Positions 17,372 to 25,479 of a stretch of 42,909 nucleotides of DNA are shown one piece after another. Within the stretch, counting starts at the first letter, position 1. Every line of letters begins with the position of its first letter. The stretch is from Gemmatimonadaceae bacterium (GTDB lineage: Bacteria; Gemmatimonadota; Gemmatimonadetes; Gemmatimonadales; Gemmatimonadaceae), in NCBI GenBank assembly GCA_033763905.1, contig JANRJP010000104.1, forward strand, positions 1 through 42,909. Direction: 5' to 3'. The notes below the pieces were generated by a model that saw only the letters and a program-made list of their open reading frames with translations, was not told where the DNA came from and searched no databases. Position numbers and translations under genes: made by a program.

Positions 17372-17953
17372 CTACTTCGTGACGCGGTGAAAGGCGCCCG
17401 AGACCTGTTCGATGCTCTCGCGCCGGAGCTCGCCGGTCTCGCGGTCCCCTTCGACTTCCATCACTTCGACCTGTTCCTTCTCGAGGAACGTGGTGCGTAC
17501 CAGCAGCACGATGCCGGCGAGCAAGAGCCCGTACGCGATCGCGATGGCGAGCCGGTACCACGCCCCGCCGAAGGCCAGCGTGCTCCAGTCGGACCACGTC
17601 GCGATGCCCGTGCCCATCGGCTCACGACCCGCCGAGATCAACGCTGCGCTCGCCAGCGACTCGGCGGCGGCTTCGATCGCGGCAAAGGCCGGAACGCGCC
17701 ACAGCCATTTCCGCAGGGGATAGTTCCCCACGTGGGCCGTCAAGGCCGAGAGGAAGAGCAGCCCCGTCAGACCGTAGTAGAGGCCGAGCGAGGTCAGCGA
17801 CTGGTCCAAATTCGTGAGCATCGACGCCCGCACGCCGCGGATGACGACGCCGGTGACGAACGCCATCGGCACGATCCACAGCGAGAACCGGCGAATCGCT
17901 GCCGGCTCTTCGAGCTGCCAATTGATGGACGTGCGAGGGAAGAATCGCGTCAT
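17372..17953 (-). CDS. Hypothetical membrane protein (about 4 TM)
   Basis: ATG 17953 MTRFFPRTSINWQLEEP..., several hydrophobic helices, acidic C-terminal tail, high-GC3 codon usage. Confidence 0.72.
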   Translation of the reverse strand: MTRFFPRTSINWQLEEPAAIRRFSLWIVPMAFVTGVVIRGVRASMLTNLDQSLTSLGLYYGLTGLLFLSALTAHVGNYPLRKWLWRVPAFAAIEAAAESLASAALISAGREPMGTGIATWSDWSTLAFGGAWYRLAIAIAYGLLLAGIVLLVRTTFLEKEQVEVMEVEGDRETGELRRESIEQVSGAFHRVTK

Positions 17954-18050
17954 CGGTGACTGAGGGGGTCTGTTCGGACAATGAGACGACCCGCCCCCGA
18001 ATACCGTCACGCCGGTGGCGAAAGTTCGCACTCGGCCAATTTGACCGCTC

Positions 18051-18542
18051 CTACTGTGCCGCCGCCATACACTCGATTTCGACGCGCGCGTTGAGGGCCA
18101 GACCGTTCGCCCCAAGGGCGCTGCGGGCCGGGAGCCGCTCGGGTTTGAAGTAGGTGCGATACACCGCGTTCATCGCGTCCCACTCCTTCATATCCGCCAT
18201 AAAGACGGTGCACTTCACGACATCGTCCATCGTGAGCCCGATCGCCGTGAGCACTTGCTTGATGTTCTCGAGCGTCTGTCGTGTCTCGGCCTGAATGCCG
18301 CCGGGCACCACCCCACCGTTCGCCGCGGCGTCGGTACCGATTTGCCCGGCCAGCAACACCAGATTGCCGACGCGGACTGCCGGCGAGAACGGCCGCGTCG
18401 GCTTGCCGAACGGCTGGAGATACTCGACCGTCGGCCGCTGCGCTGCGGCGCTCGTGGTCACGATCGCCAGCCACAGCGCGACGCGACCGATCGGCGCCAC
18501 GAGCCCACGACGCCAGACAGTCGGAGAGGAGGTCACGCGCAT
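18051..18542 (-). CDS. RidA/YjgF/UK114 family protein with N-terminal signal-like extension
   Basis: FSPAVRVGNLVLLAGQIG, DVVKCTVFMADM, MNAVY..YF...PARSA, VEIEC. Confidence 0.9.
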   Translation of the reverse strand: MRVTSSPTVWRRGLVAPIGRVALWLAIVTTSAAAQRPTVEYLQPFGKPTRPFSPAVRVGNLVLLAGQIGTDAAANGGVVPGGIQAETRQTLENIKQVLTAIGLTMDDVVKCTVFMADMKEWDAMNAVYRTYFKPERLPARSALGANGLALNARVEIECMAAAQ

Positions 18543-18554
18543 CGTCGAATCGCC

Positions 18555-19637
18555 TCAGGTCAGGAATTCGTGGAGCAAACTGTGGAAGTGGTGCACGCCG
18601 TTCTCGCGAGCGGCGCTGTAGCGGCCGCGATCGTACACGCGGCTCCGCAAGTTCTTCTGGACGACTTCGCAGATCTCGATGTCTTCGGCCTGGATCTCGT
18701 CGCTGAAGTTCACGCGGCGCGACCACACGGGATCCGTTGCCGGATCCGCCGGCGGCTCGTGCGCGAACCACTCGAAGATCACCGTGCAGGCATCCGGGCC
18801 GTCAGGCAGCACGACATTCGTCTGCAGCTGCCCCAGATACACGTTGAGCATCAGGTTCGGGAAGAGCCAATAGTACTGCGCATCGTTCCCGGTCTCGTCG
18901 GCGACGTAGGTGCGATCCGCCGCGTGGCCTTCGACCGGCCGCAGCGGCGCGTGCTGCAGGCTCCAGTAGCGGTGCGGTTCCACGCGGTACTGGTCGTAGT
19001 CGAGTTCTTTGTGCAGCCCGGGGTGCACCACAGGCAGGTGGTATCCCTCGAGATAGTTGTCGACGTAGACTTTCCAGTTGCACTTCACGTGGTAGTCCTT
19101 GCGCATCACCCAGCGCATCGACGCCGGACGGAAGCTCTCGGCGCGCGCGGGAATGCCGTCGATGTAGTGCTCGAGCGGCGGCGCCTTGAGATCGAGGTTG
19201 GCGAAGACCAGCGGCCCCCACGTCGCCACCTGCACCGGATGCAACTTGAAGTCCGACGGACGAAAGTTCTCTGTCGTCTCCATTTCGGGCGCGCGCAGCA
19301 ACTCGCCCGAGAGCGAATACGTCCAGCCGTGATACTTGCACTGCATCGTCTGCCGCCGGCCGCAGCCGTAGGCCACCGGCCCGGCCCGATGCAGGCACAC
19401 GTTGTGGTAGCCGCGCAGCCCGTCGGCATTGCGCACCAGCACGATGCTCTCGCCCGCGATGTCGACGACGACGTAGTCGCCGACCTGCGTCAGTTGCTCC
19501 GTGCGCGCAACCACCTGCCACGTGCGCGAGAAGATCCGCTCGCGTTCCAGTTCGTGGTACACGGGATCCACGTAGAGCCGCGACGGAATCGTCGCTGCCT
19601 TCGCGAGATCAGGGTCGAACGGAAAGACTATCGGCAT
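18555..19637 (-). CDS. Rieske non-heme iron oxygenase alpha subunit (choline monooxygenase/CntA-like)
   Basis: Rieske ligands NVCLHRA...CKYHGWTY; mononuclear Fe motif NWKVYVDNYLEGYHLPVVHP and EDIEICE. ATG 19637. Confidence 0.9.
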   Translation of the reverse strand: MPIVFPFDPDLAKAATIPSRLYVDPVYHELERERIFSRTWQVVARTEQLTQVGDYVVVDIAGESIVLVRNADGLRGYHNVCLHRAGPVAYGCGRRQTMQCKYHGWTYSLSGELLRAPEMETTENFRPSDFKLHPVQVATWGPLVFANLDLKAPPLEHYIDGIPARAESFRPASMRWVMRKDYHVKCNWKVYVDNYLEGYHLPVVHPGLHKELDYDQYRVEPHRYWSLQHAPLRPVEGHAADRTYVADETGNDAQYYWLFPNLMLNVYLGQLQTNVVLPDGPDACTVIFEWFAHEPPADPATDPVWSRRVNFSDEIQAEDIEICEVVQKNLRSRVYDRGRYSAARENGVHHFHSLLHEFLT

Positions 19638-19639
19638 CG

Positions 19640-20923
19640 TCAGGCGCGCCTCGTGCGGGATCTCAGAACGTACAGCGCCGCGCCAACGGCAACAAAGAGC
19701 CCGCCGGCGACGATCGCCTCGCGGCCCGACGCCAGCACCGCGCCGGTGCAGAACAGCCCCGCCAGCACCGCCAGCAGCCGCCACGAGCCGCGCCCGTCCG
19801 TCGGCGCGAGTCGCCACGCGGCCGCCGCAGTGAGCGCGTACGGCACCAGAATGCCCACGTTGGCAATCAGCACGATCTGCCCGAACGCCGACACGGCGTC
19901 GGCGGTGGACTGCAGCACCAGCACCACGGTCGACAGCGCGGTCCCCGTCACGAGTGCGATGTGTGGCGTCGCGAAACGCGGGTGCACGCGTCGCAGCGGC
20001 TCCGGCATCAGTTCCGGGGCCGTTGAGAGCGGCAGGCGGCCCACCAGCAGCACCCAGCCGTTCAAGCACGCCAAGCCGCCGCCAATGGCCACCATCGCGA
20101 TGGCGGTTTCGCCCCACGGCCCCACCGCGCGCGCTGCCACCGACGCCAAGGGGCGGGCGGTGGCCCCGAGCTCGGCTGCGGGCAGCACGCCGGCCAGCGC
20201 GACCGCGGCGACGGCATAGGCGCCTGCCGCCACGAAGAAACCGATGCGCGTCGCGCGGGTCACCGCGTGCGGATCGCCGCGAATCTCTTCGGCCGACACC
20301 GTCGCGCTCTCGGCGCCACTGAAGCCCCAGATGATGAGCGCGACACCGGTACCAATAGCCCCAACGCCATTGGGCGTGAACGGCACGAGATGGGCCGGCT
20401 CGAACATCCGCAGCGCCACGAGGAGCAACAGCACCGGAATGAGCTGCAACAGCACCAGGCCGAACGAGAACCGCCCCGCGCCAGTCACGCCGCGCACGTT
20501 CAGGGCCACGCAGCCCCAGAGCATCGCCGTGGCCACGGCGGCGCGCAGCGCGGGCGATGCATCGAGCGCCGGCACGAAGAATCCGACGTAGGCCACGGTG
20601 CCGAGCGCGATGCCGGCGTTGCCCACCACCACACTGCCCCAGTAGCTCCACGCGGTGACGAATCCCCAGCCGTCGCCGAAGCCCTCACGCACGAAGGCCG
20701 CCGGCCCTCCGGTGGCGGGATAGCGCCCGCCGAGCCGCGCAAACAGCTCGGCCAAGGTCCAGAAGCCGAGGGCGGTGAGCACCCAGGACACGAGTGCCGC
20801 GGGCCCCACCGTGACGGCCAGCGAGGCGGGCAGACTGAAGAGCGACGTGCCGAGTTGATTGCCGACCGCGAGTGCCGCCGCAGTCGCGAGCGTCAACCCG
20901 CGGCGGAGCGTGGGCGCCGTCAG
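19640..20923 (-). CDS. APC family amino acid/amine permease
   Basis: LRRGLTL..A..LAVGNQLGTSLFSLP, YPATGG, WGFSGAE, EEIRGDP, HPRFATP; about 12 TM. Start uncertain (CTG 20923 or TTG 20896). Confidence 0.85.
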   Translation of the reverse strand: MTAPTLRRGLTLATAAALAVGNQLGTSLFSLPASLAVTVGPAALVSWVLTALGFWTLAELFARLGGRYPATGGPAAFVREGFGDGWGFVTAWSYWGSVVVGNAGIALGTVAYVGFFVPALDASPALRAAVATAMLWGCVALNVRGVTGAGRFSFGLVLLQLIPVLLLLVALRMFEPAHLVPFTPNGVGAIGTGVALIIWGFSGAESATVSAEEIRGDPHAVTRATRIGFFVAAGAYAVAAVALAGVLPAAELGATARPLASVAARAVGPWGETAIAMVAIGGGLACLNGWVLLVGRLPLSTAPELMPEPLRRVHPRFATPHIALVTGTALSTVVLVLQSTADAVSAFGQIVLIANVGILVPYALTAAAAWRLAPTDGRGSWRLLAVLAGLFCTGAVLASGREAIVAGGLFVAVGAALYVLRSRTRRA

Positions 20924-20956
20924 CGGCGGGCGACCGGCGCGTGAGCGGTCACGCGA

Positions 20957-22216
20957 TCAGTTGCCGCGGTACGCGATCCGGAAGATGCGACCACCCGCGT
21001 CGTCCATCACGTAGAGCGAGCCGTCGGTACCCTGCGCGAGGCCCGTCGGCCGCGCCTGTCGCGCCCCTGCACCGGTCTTCACGAAGCCGTCCGCGAACGT
21101 CTGGTGCGCACCGGCCGCCGACGTGCCGTTGAGCGGCAGGAAGGCTACCTGGAAGCCCGCCTGCGGCAGCGGCGCGCGGTTCCACGACCCGTGGAAGGCC
21201 ACGAAAACGCCATTGCGGTAGGCCGCCGGAAACTGCGTGCCGTTGTAGAACATCACCGCGTTCGGCGCCCAATGCCCGGGGAACAGATACACCGCCGCCT
21301 TCTTCTGCGCGCAACGGCCAACCTCCTTCCCGTCGCCGCCGTACTCGGGCGCCAGCACCTTCTTCTTCTCCGCCGTCAGCGAGAAGCAGTACGGCCAGCC
21401 GAAGTCGTCTCCCTTGCGTACCTGCAGCAGCTCTTCGCCCGGATTCTCGGCGCTGAACGTGTTGTCGAAGAGACGCCCCCAATTCTGCGCGAGCTGGTCG
21501 CGCCCGTGCTGCATCGCCCAGAGCGAACCGTCCTTCGGGTTGCGCGTCATCGCGACGGCATTGCGGATGCCGGTCGCGTAGCGCGTCGCCGGCGTCACGG
21601 TCTGGTTGGTCTTGGTGGCATCGAAGGCCCAGATCCCTGCCCGCCCCTCGAGCTCGACGCAGGGGTCCACGCCGCGCGACTCCGTCTGTCGATCCTTCTC
21701 CTGACACGAATTCGTCCGAGATCCGACGTTCACGTACAGCGTGCGGCCGTCGAGGACGAAGTTGTGCGCGCTATGGCCACCCATCGGGAGGTCACGCACG
21801 ATCGTGTCGGCCGGCCCGGCCACCTCGATGGTCCCTGCCCGGAGCGGGTACCGAATGATCGCGTTGCCCGCCGTGGCGTAGAGCGCGTCGGCGCCGAGGG
21901 CGACGCCGGTGCCGTTGGCATCGGCGATCTTGCGCGAGATCTCGGCGCGCCCATCGCCATCGGCGTCCTTGAGCATCACGATGCCGCCGCCGGCACGCGA
22001 GTTCACCAGCAGCTCACCGCCGGGCGCCACCACGCCGTGTCGCGGCTGCGACAAGCCCTCGGCAAAGAGCGTGGCACAAAAGCCGTCGGGAAGCACGAGC
22101 CCGACGTTGTCGTCCGCGCAGGCGACGGGCGGCGCGGCGGGGCGACCGGTCGCGACGGAGGCGGTGCCGGTGACGACGGCCACTGCGGCGAGGGTGATGA
22201 CGAGAGGGGTGCGCAT
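20957..22216 (-). CDS. PQQ-dependent sugar/sorbosone dehydrogenase family protein, exported
   Basis: Signal peptide; LPDGFCA.LFA, LYVNVGS, GIRNAV, DFGWPYC, HWAPN, VAFHGSWNR, DGSLYVMDD. Confidence 0.87.
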   Translation of the reverse strand: MRTPLVITLAAVAVVTGTASVATGRPAAPPVACADDNVGLVLPDGFCATLFAEGLSQPRHGVVAPGGELLVNSRAGGGIVMLKDADGDGRAEISRKIADANGTGVALGADALYATAGNAIIRYPLRAGTIEVAGPADTIVRDLPMGGHSAHNFVLDGRTLYVNVGSRTNSCQEKDRQTESRGVDPCVELEGRAGIWAFDATKTNQTVTPATRYATGIRNAVAMTRNPKDGSLWAMQHGRDQLAQNWGRLFDNTFSAENPGEELLQVRKGDDFGWPYCFSLTAEKKKVLAPEYGGDGKEVGRCAQKKAAVYLFPGHWAPNAVMFYNGTQFPAAYRNGVFVAFHGSWNRAPLPQAGFQVAFLPLNGTSAAGAHQTFADGFVKTGAGARQARPTGLAQGTDGSLYVMDDAGGRIFRIAYRGN

Positions 22217-22239
22217 ACGGCAGGAGATCCCGCGAAAGG

Positions 22240-23067
22240 TCAGCGATACCAGTGGCCGATCCGTCCCCACCGGATGTCGGTGATGAACGGCAGAATGCGA
22301 TCGGAGTCGTCGGCGTTGTACGAGTAATACACGAACAGCGGCCGGCCGCGGATGTTCTCACGCGGGACCAGCCCCCAATAGCGGCCGTCCTTCGACTGGT
22401 AGCGGTTGTCGCCGAGCATGAAGTAGAAGCCCGGCGGCACCACCAGCGGCCCCCAGTTGTCGTGCGTGGGCCGCGCCGGTGCCTCGCCGAAGCGTGTGCC
22501 GCTGACGGCGAAGCGCGCCTGCCACGCAAACAGCGGATGCTCTTCGTCGGGATCGCCGACCGGATTCGCCGCGGCGTCTCCGGTCTGGGGATCCGCCACA
22601 CCGTTCACGTGGAAGACGCCGGCGCGCATGTACACCGTGTCCCCCGGCATCCCCTTGAGCCGCTTCACCAGGATCGGGTTCGGGTCTTCGGGCTGATCGA
22701 TCTGCGTTGGGCTCTTGAAGACCACGATGTCGTTGCGGGCGGGCTGGGCGTATCCGGGGAGATTGATGTCCGTGAAGGGCAGATTCGGCCCGTAGCGCAG
22801 CTTGTTCACGAAGAGCCAATCCCCGACCAGCATCGTCGGAATCATCGAGCCCGACGGAATCCGGAAGGCCTCGACGAAGAAGGTGCGGAGGACGAGGAAG
22901 AGCAACAGCGCACTGCCGTAGGACCGGACGAATTCGCGCCAACCGCCCGTGCCGCCGGGCGCCGCGGCGCCGCCGCGCTTCAGCTGGGCGACGGGGTTGT
23001 CGGCCGCGGGAACGGCAGGACTTGGCGACTCGGCGTCGGTCGACTTGAGATCGGACTTCTTGGCCAC
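22240..23067 (-). CDS. lepB: Signal peptidase I
   Basis: TM followed by EAFRIPSGSMIPT (catalytic Ser), LVKRL (catalytic Lys), GDNRYQSKDGRYWG. GTG start 23067. Confidence 0.95.
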   Translation of the reverse strand: MAKKSDLKSTDAESPSPAVPAADNPVAQLKRGGAAAPGGTGGWREFVRSYGSALLLFLVLRTFFVEAFRIPSGSMIPTMLVGDWLFVNKLRYGPNLPFTDINLPGYAQPARNDIVVFKSPTQIDQPEDPNPILVKRLKGMPGDTVYMRAGVFHVNGVADPQTGDAAANPVGDPDEEHPLFAWQARFAVSGTRFGEAPARPTHDNWGPLVVPPGFYFMLGDNRYQSKDGRYWGLVPRENIRGRPLFVYYSYNADDSDRILPFITDIRWGRIGHWYR

Positions 23068-23180
23068 GCGGCAGGAGGAACCGGGGAAGCAGGGAGATGC
23101 GCGAATCTGAAATGACGCCGGACCGCGAGTGGTGATCAAGGGTCTGGCGGCGTCGGACCCACGGATCCCGGGAAACACAG

Positions 23181-23215
23181 AGGGGGCGGCGCCGCATCTG
23201 CGGCACCGCCCCCCT
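23181..23215 (-). terminator. GC-rich hairpin, probable terminator of the SWIB gene
   Basis: agggggcggcgccgca-tc-tgcggcaccgcccccct inverted repeat; followed on the minus strand by ctgtgttt. Confidence 0.55.
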
Positions 23216-23252
23216 CGAGCCGTCCAGCGTCGGACGACGGTGTGACGTCAGC

Positions 23253-23567
23253 TCAGGAGAGGTGCTTGTTCACGAGCTTCGTCATCTCGAACATGTTGAC
23301 GCTGTCCTTCTTGAAGATCGGACGGAGCTTGTCGTCCGCGTTGATGACGCGCTTGTTCTTCTTGTCCTGGAGCGAGTTCTTCTTGATGTACGCCCAGAGC
23401 TTCTTCGTGACTTCGGTGCGCGGGAGCGGCTTGTCACCGACGACCGCGGCGAGCGAGGCGCTCGGCGTCATCGCCTTCATGAACGCGGCGTTCGGCTTGC
23501 GCGCCGTCTTCTTCTTCGCGGCCTTCTTGGCCGGCGCCTTCTTTGCAGCCTTCTTCTTTGCAGCCAT
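23253..23567 (-). CDS. SWIB/MDM2 domain protein with Lys/Ala-rich (histone H1-like) N-terminus
   Basis: MAAKKKAAKKAPAKKAAKKKTARKPNAAFMK...LAAVVG..PLPRTEVTKKLWAYIKKNSLQD..NKRVINADDKL...MFEMTKLVNKHL. GGAGAG RBS upstream. Confidence 0.93.
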   Translation of the reverse strand: MAAKKKAAKKAPAKKAAKKKTARKPNAAFMKAMTPSASLAAVVGDKPLPRTEVTKKLWAYIKKNSLQDKKNKRVINADDKLRPIFKKDSVNMFEMTKLVNKHLS

Positions 23568-23635
23568 TCGAACTCTCCGTTCGGAGGGTGTGCGCATTCG
23601 CGCAGGACGGAGACCCGGTTCCCCGTCGCCGCACA

Positions 23636-23663
23636 AGGATAAGACGACGGCGTATTCGCGCAA
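23636..23663 (-). promoter_or_regulatory. Putative sigma70-type promoter of the SWIB gene
   Basis: Minus strand TTGCGC-16 nt-TATCCT, about 70 nt upstream of the ATG. Confidence 0.4.
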
Positions 23664-23767
23664 TAGTCCCGTCATAGGGGAAATCGCGATTTTTTTCTTC
23701 AGCCCCCTATGGGACGGGGTCTCACCTGCGGCGTCGACGGCGATGACGCCCCCGCGGGTAGCCGCTC

Positions 23768-23820
23768 CGGCGCCTGGCCCGGCGCCTGCTACGGCGCCTG
23801 CTACCGCACCTGCTACGGCG
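23768..23820. repeat. Short 12-bp tandem repeat (cggcgcctgcta) at the 3' end of nfo
   Basis: cggcgcctggcc / cggcgcctgcta / cggcgcctgcta / ccgcacctgcta / cggcg. Confidence 0.7.
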
Positions 23821-24709
23821 CGAGCGATTCGAGCAGGCGGACCATCCGTTCGTCGGCCTCGTCCGCCGACGCATCGTCGTCCGCCCAGTCATCCTTCGCC
23901 TGCGGCGTCTCGAGAATCAGGGGGACGCCGCGCGCGCGGCGATCGTGCAGCAGCCACCGGAACGGCTCCACGCCGATTTCCCCCTCGCCGATCAGTCGAT
24001 GGCGATCCTTGTTCGACCCGAGCGCCCCTTCGCTGTCGTTCAGGTGGAAAAACGCCGGCGGCTCGCCGACGGCCGCCTCGAACGCATCCAGCACCGCGGT
24101 CAGCTGCGCCGCCGACTCGTGGATCGGATGGCCGCTCGCGAACAGATGGCAGGTGTCGAGCCCATAGCCCGTTCGGCTCCGGAGCGACGCCGGCACCTGC
24201 GACAGAATGGCCGCGACCTCGTCCGCCGTCCGGCCGATCGTCGCGCCAGCGCCGGCCGTGTTCTCGACCAGCACGCGGGTGTTTCCCGGGGGCGCAGCTT
24301 CGATCGCGTGCGTCAGTGCCGCCGCGACGCGCGCGATCCCCTCGGTTCGGTCGGTCTTCCCCGCCGAGCCGGGATGAAAGCAGCATCCGTACACGCCGAG
24401 CGTAGTGGAGCGTTCGAGCTCCTTGGCCAACCCGTTCGCGGCCTTCTGCCACTTCTCCGGTTCCGGAGACGCGGTGTTGAGCACGTAGCCAGCGTGCACC
24501 ATCACGTGCGATGCCGGAATGCCGGTGGCGTCGCAGGCCTCACGAAAGCGGGCGAGCCGGTCCGGCTTCACTCCGACTTTCTCGCCGTAGTACTGCGGGG
24601 GCGCGGTGAAGACCTGCACCGACCGCATCTTCGAGGCGCCAGCGCGGCGCACCGCCATCGCAATTCCGCCGGCGTCCGGCGTATGTGCTCCAATCCACAG
24701 GGACGTCAC
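23813..24709 (-). CDS. nfo: Endonuclease IV (deoxyribonuclease IV)
   Basis: IGAH, VHAGYVLN, FHPGS, ENTAG, LDTCHLF, HLNDS...DRH..IGEG, ILETP Zn-ligand motifs. Confidence 0.93.
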   Translation of the reverse strand: MTSLWIGAHTPDAGGIAMAVRRAGASKMRSVQVFTAPPQYYGEKVGVKPDRLARFREACDATGIPASHVMVHAGYVLNTASPEPEKWQKAANGLAKELERSTTLGVYGCCFHPGSAGKTDRTEGIARVAAALTHAIEAAPPGNTRVLVENTAGAGATIGRTADEVAAILSQVPASLRSRTGYGLDTCHLFASGHPIHESAAQLTAVLDAFEAAVGEPPAFFHLNDSEGALGSNKDRHRLIGEGEIGVEPFRWLLHDRRARGVPLILETPQAKDDWADDDASADEADERMVRLLESLAP

Positions 24710-25386
24710 GGCGGCGATCCATCCGATGAAAGGTCGATCATCTGCTTGCCCGCGAGGTATTCGACGCTCTTCGGTTCGCGGAGACCACCGAGGCGCTTGA
24801 CGACCTGTCCGATGCGCTCGGCCTGCTCGGCGATGATCTCGAGCGTCTCCGGCACTTCGTGTTCGGCGACCAGCTTGTGCTGGATCAGTGCGACCGCCCC
24901 GAGCAGCGCCGTGAGCGGATTGTTCACTTCGTGCTGAATCGCAATCGCTGTTTCGCCGATGCCTGCCAGGAAGCGCGCCTGCGTCAGCGCCTGCTCGGCC
25001 GCGCGGCGCGCCGCGGCGAGTTCGATGCGCTTCTCGGCGATCGACATCCGGGTGACGAAGACCTGCGGCGTCAGCGGCTTCGAGACGAACTCGTCGGCGC
25101 CGGCCTCCAGCATCTGCATCAGGTCGTCACTGCCGTCGCGTGCCGTAATGACCATCACGAAGGTCTCGCGACCCGGCTCCAGCGCACGAATGCGGCGGCA
25201 GACTTCGATGCCGTCGAGCCCGGGCATTTGCCAGTCGAGCAGCACCAGAGCGGGCTTGGACGACTCCCAGGCTTTCAGCGCGGCAATGCCGTCCGCGACG
25301 ATCTGCGCCTCGTGCCCCGCCGCGGCCAGCATCGCCTCGAACCAGAGCTGCATCTCTTCGTCGTCGTCGGCTACGAGCACGCGCAT
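24706..25386 (-). CDS. Response regulator receiver fused to a HisKA-like helical domain
   Basis: VADDD, LLDWQMPGLDG, ITA, AGAD.F..KP; then IQHEVNNPLTAL H-box. No HATPase domain follows. Confidence 0.85.
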   Translation of the reverse strand: MRVLVADDDEEMQLWFEAMLAAAGHEAQIVADGIAALKAWESSKPALVLLDWQMPGLDGIEVCRRIRALEPGRETFVMVITARDGSDDLMQMLEAGADEFVSKPLTPQVFVTRMSIAEKRIELAAARRAAEQALTQARFLAGIGETAIAIQHEVNNPLTALLGAVALIQHKLVAEHEVPETLEIIAEQAERIGQVVKRLGGLREPKSVEYLAGKQMIDLSSDGSPP

Positions 25387-25479
25387 AGGTCACAAGATGC
25401 GCACGGGTCGGCGGATCGGATAGCTTTCGGGACGTCGGCGGGGTCCGCCGACACGCCCCCCCTTCGCCTCGTCCCGCGT

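Noticed and set aside
18555..20651. 698-aa ORF suggesting a long N-terminal fusion on the Rieske oxygenase
   Set aside because: The upstream part is an off-frame read of the APC permease; the real start is ATG 19637.
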